Shown one piece after another: positions 36,907 to 45,560 of a stretch of 64,000 nt of DNA. The notes under the pieces are model-generated. The model saw nothing but the letters and a program-made list of their open reading frames with translations, was not told the DNA's origin and made no database searches. The stretch covers positions 596,677 to 660,676 of the forward strand of contig CAWAJV010000007.1 in NCBI GenBank assembly GCA_963782485.1. The letters are read 5' to 3'. The position numbers were made by a program, and so were the translations under genes. Numbering within the stretch: position 1 is the first letter of the stretch; each line of letters begins with the position of its first letter. The DNA is from an uncultured Actinomycetota bacterium (GTDB lineage Bacteria > Actinomycetota > Actinomycetes > Frankiales > Frankiaceae).

Positions 36907-37385
36907 TGAGTACCGCACCGGCAGGATCGGCGCTCGCCGGCCGGACCGAGGCGATCGGCGAGGCCCAGCGCGCGATGTCGGAGCTGCTCGGTGCCGAGCG
37001 CCGGCTGCGCGCCCGTGACCAGGGCCAGCGCGACCGCATGACCTACGCGCAGAGCCGGGCGCTGATCGCGCTCGCCGAAGTCGGCGGCACCGAGGCCGAT
37101 GTCAGCGCGGGCCAGCTGGCGCGCGCCGCCGATCTGCATCCGGCCTCCGTGACGGCCATGCTCGACCTGCTGGAGGAGCAGGAGCTCGTCGTCCGCCGGC
37201 GGTCACCGCTCGATCGGCGCAGCGTGCTGGTGGCTCTGACCCCCGAGGGCCAGGCCTTGCTGGATCAGAAACGCGCCGAGTGGCGCGCGCGTTGGGAAGA
37301 GGTGTTGGACGGGGTGCCTGACGAGGACATCGCCGTGGCTGCCCGCGTGATGCAGCGGCTAGCTTCCGTCTTCGTTAGTGGCTGA
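36906..37385 (+). CDS. MarR-family transcriptional regulator
   Basis: wHTH (DVSAGQLARAADLHPASVTAMLDLLEEQELVVRRRSPLDRR). Overlaps the MFS stop. Confidence 0.8.
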   Translation: MSTAPAGSALAGRTEAIGEAQRAMSELLGAERRLRARDQGQRDRMTYAQSRALIALAEVGGTEADVSAGQLARAADLHPASVTAMLDLLEEQELVVRRRSPLDRRSVLVALTPEGQALLDQKRAEWRARWEEVLDGVPDEDIAVAARVMQRLASVFVSG

Positions 37386-38630
37386 CTTAGGGGCTGACTT
37401 GGTGGCTGACTTGGTGGCTGACGCTCCAGCGGCGGGTCCGGCGGACGGCACCGCCTCCGGCTCGACGGCGCTCGCGGTCGCGGCGTCCGGCGCCAACTCG
37501 GACTCGGCCACGGCCGCGACCTCGGCCACGGCCGCGGCCGCGACCTCGGACTCGGGCGGCGCGTCCGGTTTGTGGCGCAGCTGCCACTCCAGCCGCGCGT
37601 AGGACCCGAAGCCGATCGGGATCGGCAGCCAGAAGCTCAAGAGCCGGAAGGCCAGCACGCCGAGCACGGCGATGCCGCGCGGCGTATCGAACGCCACCAG
37701 CGCGGGGACCAGGATTCCCTCGACGATCCCGAGACCGCCAGGGGTGATCGGGAGAGCAGCCGCGACGTTAGCCAGCCCGTAGGCGACCAGCAGCCCGATC
37801 GGGCCGAGAGTGTGGCCGAAGGCGCGCACGCACGCCCAGAGCGCCATCGCCTCCAGCATCCAGTTGAGCAGTGCCCAGAGGATGAGCCGGGCGAGGAAAC
37901 GGCGGTCGGCAACCAGCCGGCGGATCGTGCCCGCCAGGGTCGCCACGAGGCGGCGTCCGGCTTCGGCGTCCACCTTCGGCACCCGGTTGAGCAGCTTGAC
38001 GACCATGCGCGTCAGCCGGTTCTCGGAATGGGCGATCAGGATGCCGCCGCCGGTAGCGACGACGATCAGGATCAGCCCGACCGCAGCGACGGGCCCGTAC
38101 AACGGGTTGCTGCCGTGGATCACGAGCGCGGCGATGAGCGCGCCGCCGAGGAGCAGGTTCAGCACGACGGCGGAGCCGACCGTCTGCAACGCCTTACCGG
38201 TGACGGCGCGCTCGGGCGGGACACCGGACCGGGTGAGGAGGCGGTAACCCAGGCCGATGCCCACTGCTGAACCGGCGGGAACGACATGGCTGACGGCCAG
38301 GGTCGAAAGGTCGATCCGCAGCAGCTGGCTGTAGGAGATATCGCGGGAGTCGAGCGAGACCTGACTCAAACGGGCGTACGCGAGCAGGGACAGGACCTGT
38401 GCGAGCGCGGCGGTGGCCATCCACAGCGGCGAGATGTCGCCGAGCAGGCTGGCAGATTTCCGCGCGCCCGCGATCTGCGGTAACAGCGCGAATTCGACGA
38501 CGGCGGCAACGATCAGCAGCCGGATGGCCGGCCCCGCGATGCGCCGCAGGAGCGTCCACCAAGGGCGCCGTGCACCCTCGCTGGCCTCCTGCGCCCCGCG
38601 CGTCGCGAGCTCCGTCGGCATCTGAGACAT
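37359..38630 (-). CDS. UPF0104/LPG-synthase-TM-type flippase-like membrane protein
   Basis: 8 or more TM helices with the characteristic central PxGxG region (LPITPGGLGIVEG). C-terminal tail SATKSATKSAPKSAT from 12-bp tandem repeats. Confidence 0.7.
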   Translation of the reverse strand: MSQMPTELATRGAQEASEGARRPWWTLLRRIAGPAIRLLIVAAVVEFALLPQIAGARKSASLLGDISPLWMATAALAQVLSLLAYARLSQVSLDSRDISYSQLLRIDLSTLAVSHVVPAGSAVGIGLGYRLLTRSGVPPERAVTGKALQTVGSAVVLNLLLGGALIAALVIHGSNPLYGPVAAVGLILIVVATGGGILIAHSENRLTRMVVKLLNRVPKVDAEAGRRLVATLAGTIRRLVADRRFLARLILWALLNWMLEAMALWACVRAFGHTLGPIGLLVAYGLANVAAALPITPGGLGIVEGILVPALVAFDTPRGIAVLGVLAFRLLSFWLPIPIGFGSYARLEWQLRHKPDAPPESEVAAAAVAEVAAVAESELAPDAATASAVEPEAVPSAGPAAGASATKSATKSAPKSATNEDGS

Positions 38631-38743
38631 GTCCTAACCACCGTAAATGGTGCCTGTGTGTGAGCTGAGCAGACTTGCCAAGCCCAGGCCATCTCCCGGC
38701 CCGGCACCACGGGTTGTCATCCCCTGCCGGTTACGTTGCCCGA

Positions 38744-40372
38744 ATGCAGTCGCCAGCAGCAAGCGGCTTTCTGGACCGATCGGCTTCAACGCCCGCGGCA
38801 CGACCCCTGGACCGCCGCGGCTTTCTCGCTCTCACCGGTCTCGCGAGCCTCGCGGCCTGCTCGAGCAGTTCGGGCAAGCCGGCCCCGACCCCCACCCGAA
38901 CGACCCCGAGGCCCTCCCCCACGGCCTCGCGCACCCCACCCAACTGGACCCAGCTGGCAAGCCAACTCGACGGAACGCTCGTCCTGCCCGGCAGCGCGCA
39001 GTACGCGACCGCCCAGCAGATGTACGACTTCCGCTTCGACACCATTACCCCGCAGGCCATCGCCTACTGCGAATCGGCCAGCGACGTGCAGCGCTGCCTC
39101 GCGGTCGCGCGCGATTCGGCCATCAATCCACGGCCCCGCTGCGGGGGCCACTCGTACGCCGGCTGGTCCACCGGCGAGGGGATCGTCATCGACGTGACCC
39201 GCATGGCGGCCGTCACGCCCGGCTCCGGCTCGAGCGTGAGCATCGGCGCGGGCGCCCGGCTGGTCGACGTGTACGCCGGCCTGGCTGCGGCGAACGTAGC
39301 GCTGCCGGCGGGATCGTGCCCGACCGTCGGCGTCAGCGGTCTCACGCTCGGCGGGGGCATCGGTGTCGTCGGCCGCTCGTACGGGCTGACCTGTGACCGG
39401 CTGACCTCCCTCGACATCGTCACGGCGGACGGAACGCTGCACCACTGCACGAAGGACAGCAGCGGCCTGGACGGCGACCTGTTCTGGGCGAGCCAGGGCG
39501 GCGGGGGCGGCAACTTCGGCATCGTCACGGCGTTCGAGTTCGGGACCGTCGCCGCGCCCGACCTCACGACGTTCGCCCTGAGCTGGCCGTGGGCAGCGGC
39601 CGCCGACGTCATCGCCGGCTGGCAGAGCTGGGCGCCGGGCGCCCCCGACGAGATCTGGTCGACCCTGCTGCTGATCGCTCATGTCGGGGGCACCGGCGGT
39701 CCGGGACCGCAAGTGCGCATCGCCGGCGTCTACAACGGCAGTGCGGCGGCCGCCGCCGGGCTGGTGGACGGGCTCGTCTCGGCAGTCGGCAGCCAGCCGG
39801 CGTCGCGCTCGGCGTTCACTCCCCCGGACTACCTGAGCGCGATGCTCTACGAGGGCGGCTGCTCCGGTTACAGCGTCGCGCAGTGCCACCTGCCCACCCA
39901 GAATCCGGCCGGTCTGGTCACCCGCAAGCCCGCGATCGGGGCCTCGGACTACCTGACGAAGCCGATGAGCGCCGCGGGCATCGAGGTGGTCATCGATTTT
40001 GTGAACCAGCGCCAGGCCGACCCCACGCAGGGCGAAGGCGGCGCCCAGTTCGACGCGTACGGCGGGGCGATCAACCGGGTGGCGCCGGAGGCGACGGCGT
40101 TCGCGCACCGCAACGCGATTGCCGGCATCCAGCGCAGCACCTCGTTCACGATGAGCGACTCCGCCCAGGTGATCGCGGCCGGGCGGCAGTGGCTCGACGC
40201 GTTCACGAAAGCGCTACGCCCGTACGTGAGCGGTGGCTCGTACGTGAACTACCAGGACGCCGACCTCGCGAACTGGGCCGATGCCTACTACGGCTCGAAC
40301 CTCAAGCGGCTGCAGTCGATCAAGAAGAAGGCCGATCCGGACCGGCTGTTCGACTTTCCGCAGGCGGTCTGA
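38744..40372 (+). CDS. Tat-exported FAD-linked oxidase with berberine-bridge-enzyme-like C-terminal domain (lipoprotein)
   Basis: RRGFLALTGLASLAAC Tat/lipobox. FAD-binding PCMH region with covalent-His context (CGGHSYAG). BBE-like C-terminus (NYQDADL..YYGSN..RLQSIKKKADPDRLF). Confidence 0.85.
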   Translation: MQSPAASGFLDRSASTPAARPLDRRGFLALTGLASLAACSSSSGKPAPTPTRTTPRPSPTASRTPPNWTQLASQLDGTLVLPGSAQYATAQQMYDFRFDTITPQAIAYCESASDVQRCLAVARDSAINPRPRCGGHSYAGWSTGEGIVIDVTRMAAVTPGSGSSVSIGAGARLVDVYAGLAAANVALPAGSCPTVGVSGLTLGGGIGVVGRSYGLTCDRLTSLDIVTADGTLHHCTKDSSGLDGDLFWASQGGGGGNFGIVTAFEFGTVAAPDLTTFALSWPWAAAADVIAGWQSWAPGAPDEIWSTLLLIAHVGGTGGPGPQVRIAGVYNGSAAAAAGLVDGLVSAVGSQPASRSAFTPPDYLSAMLYEGGCSGYSVAQCHLPTQNPAGLVTRKPAIGASDYLTKPMSAAGIEVVIDFVNQRQADPTQGEGGAQFDAYGGAINRVAPEATAFAHRNAIAGIQRSTSFTMSDSAQVIAAGRQWLDAFTKALRPYVSGGSYVNYQDADLANWADAYYGSNLKRLQSIKKKADPDRLFDFPQAV

Positions 40373-40682
40373 TCTCCGCGAGCTCCTCCTCCTCCAGCGA
40401 TGCCAGCGGCCACCCGACCGCTCCGAGGCGATCGGCCACGCGCGACAGGTCGTTGTCGAGCGGCGGCGCCTTGGTGACGGCACGGATGGCCCGATCGACA
40501 CTGGCCGCGAGATCGGGTTCGTCATCGCCCAGGACGGTGAGGGCGACTTCCAGGACTTCGGCGTCAGTCAGTTGACGGCGTAGCAACGCGAGCAGCGGGA
40601 CGTAGTCCTGCCTCGGCACCCCGTCCGGGTAACCGGCCCGCAAGAAGTCGACAACGGTGCTCAGCAGTGTCATGGCCGCCAC
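40320..40682 (-). CDS. DUF3349-like small protein
   Basis: The N-terminal VVDFLRAGYPDGVPRQDYVPLLALL pattern is typical of this actinobacterial family. Convergent 52-bp overlap with the oxidase gene. Confidence 0.5.
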   Translation of the reverse strand: MAAMTLLSTVVDFLRAGYPDGVPRQDYVPLLALLRRQLTDAEVLEVALTVLGDDEPDLAASVDRAIRAVTKAPPLDNDLSRVADRLGAVGWPLASLEEEELAEIRPPAESRTAGPDRPSS

Positions 40683-40688
40683 CCGCCA

Positions 40689-40952
40689 CTACTTGTCGAC
40701 GATGAGGTAAATCCCGTAGGCCAGTGCCGCGACGACGATCGCGAAACACATCGAACCCGCGACGAGCGCCAGTGAACTGACCCGCACACCCGGTGCGGAG
40801 GGGGTTTCGGTCGCCGGGTTGGGCCCCGCGGGCGCACCGGCCGGGGTCACCAGACGCAGCCCGAGCGCGAAGAGAGCGGGCAGCCCGGCTCCCGCGAGGA
40901 GCCCGACGCCGACGATCTTGCCGACCGCTGCCCAGTCGATCCAGCCGCTCAT
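40689..40952 (-). CDS. Small membrane protein (87 aa) translationally coupled to pit
   Basis: Two hydrophobic helices. ATGA overlap with the Pit stop. Correct frame is the tail of ORF 40689-41732. Confidence 0.5.
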   Translation of the reverse strand: MSGWIDWAAVGKIVGVGLLAGAGLPALFALGLRLVTPAGAPAGPNPATETPSAPGVRVSSLALVAGSMCFAIVVAALAYGIYLIVDK

Positions 40953-42118
40953 GCCGCGCTCACCGCCGGCTCGAGCGGAGCGGGTGTCTCGGCGATGACC
41001 GTGCTCGCCCACTCGTCGTTGACATTGTGGGCCCCGACCGGGGTGCGCCGCGAGTAGCCGAACAGCGCGGCGCAGACCACGACCATGGCGGCACCGACTG
41101 CCGCCGTACCGAACGTTCCGCCGCCGCTGGCGACGGCTTCGGCGCCGGCTCCGACGAGTCCGGCGGCCGGCAGGGTCACCACCCAGGCGATGGCCATGCG
41201 CCCGGCAACGTTCCACCGCACCAGCGCGCCGCGCCGGCCGACCCCCGAGCCGAGGATCGCCCCGGTAGCGACATGCGTCGTCGAGAGCGAGTAGCCGAAG
41301 TGCGACGAGAGCAGGATGGTCGAGGCGGCCGCGCCCTCGGCGGCCATGCCCTGCCGGGCGTCGATCTCGACGAGCCCCTTGCCCAGCGTGCGGATGATCC
41401 GCCAGCCACCGAGGTAGGTCCCCAGGCTGATGGCCACGGCACAGGAGATGATGACCCAGCCCGGCGCCTTGGCGCCGGCGCCGAGCGAGCCGTGGGCCAC
41501 CAGCGCCAGGGTGATGACCCCCATGGTCTTCTGCGCATCGTTCGTGCCGTGCGCCAGCGAGACCATCGACGCCGAGCCGACCTGACCGATCCGGAACCCG
41601 CTCGTGCGGGGACCTTCTGCCATCGACCTGCTGATGCGCAGCAGCAGGAACGTGCCGATACCGGCGATGAAGAGCGCGATGACCGGTGAGAGCAGCGCCG
41701 GCAGCAACACCTTGCTCACCAGGCCATGCCACTTCACCGCATCGAACCCGGCCGCCGCGATCGTCGACCCCACCACCCCGCCGATCAGCGCGTGCGACGA
41801 ACTCGACGGGATGCCGAGATACCAGGTCACGACGTTCCAGGTGATCCCGCCGACCAGGCCCGCAAAGACCACCGTCAGCGTCACCGCGCCGGTCGACACC
41901 AGGCCGCTGGCGATCGTCGCTGCGACGCTGAACGACAGGAACGCACCCACCAGGTTCAGCACCCCGGACAGGGCTACGGCTCCCTTCGGCGGCAGGGCCT
42001 TCGTCGCGATCGAGGTCGCCATCGCGTTACCCGTGTCGTGAAAACCGTTCGTGAAATCAAACGCCAGCGCGGTGATCACAACCAGCGCCAGCAGCACGTC
42101 ACTGTTCACGTGCGGCAC
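40949..42118 (-). CDS. pit: Inorganic phosphate transporter, PiT family
   Basis: Duplicated PiT signature (GFHDTGNAMATSIAT ... GTNDAQKTMGVI). Confidence 0.9.
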   Translation of the reverse strand: MPHVNSDVLLALVVITALAFDFTNGFHDTGNAMATSIATKALPPKGAVALSGVLNLVGAFLSFSVAATIASGLVSTGAVTLTVVFAGLVGGITWNVVTWYLGIPSSSSHALIGGVVGSTIAAAGFDAVKWHGLVSKVLLPALLSPVIALFIAGIGTFLLLRISRSMAEGPRTSGFRIGQVGSASMVSLAHGTNDAQKTMGVITLALVAHGSLGAGAKAPGWVIISCAVAISLGTYLGGWRIIRTLGKGLVEIDARQGMAAEGAAASTILLSSHFGYSLSTTHVATGAILGSGVGRRGALVRWNVAGRMAIAWVVTLPAAGLVGAGAEAVASGGGTFGTAAVGAAMVVVCAALFGYSRRTPVGAHNVNDEWASTVIAETPAPLEPAVSAA

Positions 42119-42372
42119 CCGAGGACGATCTCGCCCAGGCCGCGCCGGCCCGCAAGACAGCGCACCGGTTGCTCGAACAACGCCTCACCCCACGGTTTGC
42201 CGACAGCCGGACACACCCGTTATCCAGGAAACAGGGGGGTCAGGTCATGAGTCTTTGGTCCCCGAGGCGTCGGCCTTGCGCGACGGTAGCGCGCTGAACG
42301 GCTGCCGCGGGCATCAACCCGAGTTCCGCAAGGGCGCCGGGGGCCAGCCGGGCAGCACCGTTGAAGGGGTGA

Positions 42373-43666
42373 TCAGCGCTCTCCCCGGGCAATCTCCGAC
42401 GGCCACGGCGCATCCGGGTTGGCGATGACCGACGCCGGAATCGGGAAGTCGAAGAGTGCCGATGCATTCGCGTAGGTGAGCTTCGCGATGTCGTCCGCGG
42501 GGAACGCGCCGATCTGCTCGCCCAGCAGCTTCTGCGTGTTGGGCCAGGTCGAGTCGCAGTGCGGGTAATCCGACTCCACCAGCAGGTGGTCAATGCCGAT
42601 CCGGTGGCGGTGGTCGAAGCCCGCCGGGTCGTCGATACCGCAGAACCAGAAGTTGCGCTGGAGCACCTCTTTGGGAGTGAGGTCGATGCCGGCCCACGTG
42701 CCGTACATGTCCTGGTAGTTGAGGACGTGGTCGAGACGGTCCATCGAGCCCGGCGACCCAGCCGATCCCGCCTTCACTCATGCAGATCTTCAACTTCGGG
42801 AACCGGACGGGGATGCGCGAGTAGAGCCAGTCGACAGCCGAGAACATGGCGTAGCCGAAGAAGAGCACGCCGACGACGTCGGGCGGTGCCTCGTCGTTCG
42901 TCGACGGCGAGGTCGAGGACGAACCGACGTGAAGGCAGACCACCGTGCCGGTCTCCTCGCAGGCGGCCATCATCGGGTCCCAGTAGCCGCTGTGCAGGCT
43001 CGGAAGCCCGAGCTTTTCGGGGGCCTCGGAGAACGTGACAGCGCGGTAGCCGCGGGCTGCGTTGCGTCGAATCTCGGCGGCGCCGAGCTCCGGGTCGGTC
43101 AGGATCGGCAGCTGCATCGGGATGATGCGCTCCGGGTACTGGGTGTGCCACGACTCGAGATACCAGTCGTTCCAGGCCCGGACGGCCGCGATGCCGAGCT
43201 CCGGGTCCGAGACGCCGAGCTGCAGCCGCTGGCCGCAGAAGCCCGAGAGGAACGACGGGAAGCACAGCGAGGCCCACACCCCGTTGAGGTCCATGTCGTG
43301 GATGCGCTCGTGGATGTCCCAGGCCCCCCGGCGCATCTCGTCGAAACGGGCCGGCTCGAAGCTGTACTCGTCGACCGGGCGACCGACCACCGCGTTGAAG
43401 CCGACGTTCGGCACTTCCTGACCGTCGAACAGCCACGTTTCGCTGCGGTCGGCGCGCTCGATCACCCGCGGCGCGAGGTCGGCGAACTTCGCCGGCAGGC
43501 GACCGTGAAAGGCGTCCGGCGGCTCGACGACGTGGTCGTCGACCGAGCAGATGAGGAAGTCCCGCGGGCGCCGCTCGGGCTCGGGCAGGAACGTCACCTT
43601 GTGCTCGCCGCCGCGGCCGGCGACGGTGAAGCTGACATTGCGTTGAAGTTCGTCGAGGTCCGCCAT
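42373..43666 (-). pseudogene. Amidohydrolase-2 family hydrolase, frameshifted near 42745-42752
   Basis: N-terminal ORF (CSVDDHVVEP ... HVGSSS ... EGGIGWVAG) and C-terminal ORF (DRLDHVLNYQD ... ESDYPHCDS) are collinear with the paralogue at 33402-34634. Confidence 0.7.
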
Positions 43667-43742
43667 GGCGAAACTCCTTCTGAAATAGCGGCGCCGGGGC
43701 GCGATTGACGGCGAGTAAGCGGTGCGTCGGGCTGGTCGAGGG

Positions 43743-44543
43743 CTAGTCGAGAACGGCGGGCTCGCGGGCGATCAGCTGCCGGACGGCGCCCGCCCAGTAG
43801 ACCTCGCTGGCCCGCTTGATCATGGTGTTCTTCATCGCGCCGCGCGCTTCGGGCGGGACGACCTTGTGGGGGCGCCCGATCTTCAGCATGTCGACCATGA
43901 GACGGCATTGCCGGTCGAAGCTCGCGGCCCGGTAGGTCGCCTGCGCGAGCGTCTCCCCGGTGACGATCAGCCCGTGGTTGGCGAGGATCACGATCGACGC
44001 GTCGCCGATGGCGTCGGCCAGGGCCCCGCCTTTCGACGGATCGCTGATCTCGCCGTCGTACTCGTCGACGAACGCGAGGTCGCCGTCGAACATCGTCGTG
44101 GTCTGGTGCAGCACCTCGGGCAGGATGCCGAGCGCCGCCAGCACCGTCACGTGGTAGGGGTGGTTGTGCACGACGACGCGCGCGTCAGCCCGGCGGCGGT
44201 GTAGCTCGGTGTGGATGTGGATCGCGGGCGTGACATCCCACTGCCCGTCGATCACCGCACCATCCGGGTCGACCCGGATCACGTCGGAGGCCGTCACCTC
44301 TTCCCACCACAGACCCCACGGATTCACGAGCATCGACCCGTCCTCGCGGTCGACCCAGGTGAGGTGGCCGCCGATGTTCTCGCTGAAACCGGTGCTCGCC
44401 AGATGACGAACGGCGCAGGCATGAGCCTGGGCGTGGGTCAGCTCGCGCCCGATGGTCGGGACCCGGCTGGCGATCCATCCCGTTCCGTCGTCGACCGGCG
44501 GCGGGGCAAGGAGGTCGTGTCCTCTGGTGTCGAGAGCAGTCAT
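43743..44543 (-). CDS. Class II aldolase/adducin family protein
   Basis: Metal-binding His cluster (VVHNHPYH), about 260 aa. RBS GGAGGA before the Met at 44543. Confidence 0.85.
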   Translation of the reverse strand: MTALDTRGHDLLAPPPVDDGTGWIASRVPTIGRELTHAQAHACAVRHLASTGFSENIGGHLTWVDREDGSMLVNPWGLWWEEVTASDVIRVDPDGAVIDGQWDVTPAIHIHTELHRRRADARVVVHNHPYHVTVLAALGILPEVLHQTTTMFDGDLAFVDEYDGEISDPSKGGALADAIGDASIVILANHGLIVTGETLAQATYRAASFDRQCRLMVDMLKIGRPHKVVPPEARGAMKNTMIKRASEVYWAGAVRQLIAREPAVLD

Positions 44544-45388
44544 GCGTCTCCTCCGATCGGGTACTTGATGGCTGCGGGGGTCCCGAGCATCCGGCGCTCG
44601 AGTGGCACGTCGACGATGGGGTCGCCGGCGCGATGGAGGGCATACGTCTGCGAGGTCGCGAGATGGGCGAGCGCCGCCTCGACGGCTCCCTGCGCATCGC
44701 CCGTCGCGATGCATTCGATGATCCGGGCGTGCTCATCCAGTGCCTCGCGCCGGATGTGCAGCTCCGGGAAACCGTGGCCGTGAGCGGCCTGCTCGGCCCA
44801 GACCCCCTCGTGAGCCGTCCAGATCCGCTCGAGCGACCCCGCGCAGAGGGTGAGTGACGCGTTGCCGCACAGCGCCGCCAGCGCCTCGTGGAACTCGCGG
44901 GAAAGCGCGACGACCCGCTCGTCGTCACGGACCGAGGCCAGCGCCTGCTGCTGCAAGGCTTCGAGCCGCGGAACGACAGCCTCCAACCGATCGGTGCGCT
45001 CTGCACACAACCGGACGCAGGCCGGCTCGATGGCCTGCAGCGCCACCCCGACGTCGGGGAGCTGGATCCCCTGCGTTTCCAGCACGAGCGCCATCGTGAC
45101 GGCGATGCTCTCCACCTTGGGGACGTGGACGACCGCACCACCGAAACGGCCCTGCTGCACCTCGATGAGGCCCTCGCTCTCGAGGATGCGGATGGCCTCG
45201 CGCATGGTCGGCTTGCTCACCCCGAACTCGTGGCCGAGGTCTTCCTGCTTGGGCAGGGTGTCGCCGTCGACCAGCGCCCCGCTGACGATCCGCTCCCGCA
45301 GCTGCCCGGCGACCAGCTCAGCGAGCCGGGGCTGGCGGATCGGGCGAAATGGTGGCGCGGGCGCCAGGTGACGTGCAGCTGTAGCCAT
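44540..45388 (-). CDS. GntR-family (FadR/FCD subfamily) transcriptional regulator
   Basis: N-terminal wHTH (LPKQEDLGHEFGVSKPTMREAIRILESEGLI) and all-helical FCD domain. ATGA overlap with the aldolase gene. Confidence 0.85.
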   Translation of the reverse strand: MATAARHLAPAPPFRPIRQPRLAELVAGQLRERIVSGALVDGDTLPKQEDLGHEFGVSKPTMREAIRILESEGLIEVQQGRFGGAVVHVPKVESIAVTMALVLETQGIQLPDVGVALQAIEPACVRLCAERTDRLEAVVPRLEALQQQALASVRDDERVVALSREFHEALAALCGNASLTLCAGSLERIWTAHEGVWAEQAAHGHGFPELHIRREALDEHARIIECIATGDAQGAVEAALAHLATSQTYALHRAGDPIVDVPLERRMLGTPAAIKYPIGGDA

Positions 45389-45400
45389 GAGGCGGGTAAT

Positions 45401-45412
45401 ACTTCTAGAAGT
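45401..45412. promoter_or_regulatory. Perfect 12-bp palindrome ACTTCTAGAAGT in the low-GC leader of the GntR gene
   Basis: Seen in sequence. Followed by TTTTAGAGACTGTCAATG. Confidence 0.35.
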
Positions 45413-45560
45413 TTTAGAGACTGTCAATGCGAGGGTGGTTGCCGCCGTCGACACCTTGGGTGGCGGAAAGCTACAAGTACGACGCTCCTCAGCGGTGACA
45501 CACCGGGCATATCCCGACAAAGCTCCGCGCCCAAATCGCGATCATGGAGGATTTCGCCGC

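Noticed and set aside
35190-37385. 731-aa ORF across the MFS and MarR genes
   Set aside because: It is a shadow frame. Only its last roughly 160 aa (the MarR protein, 36906-37385) are real. The rest is out-of-frame read-through of the MFS gene.
38786-40108. 440-aa minus-strand ORF antisense to the FAD/BBE oxidase gene
   Set aside because: Shadow ORF of a GC-rich gene. The plus-strand product has clear FAD-oxidase motifs and a Tat lipoprotein signal.
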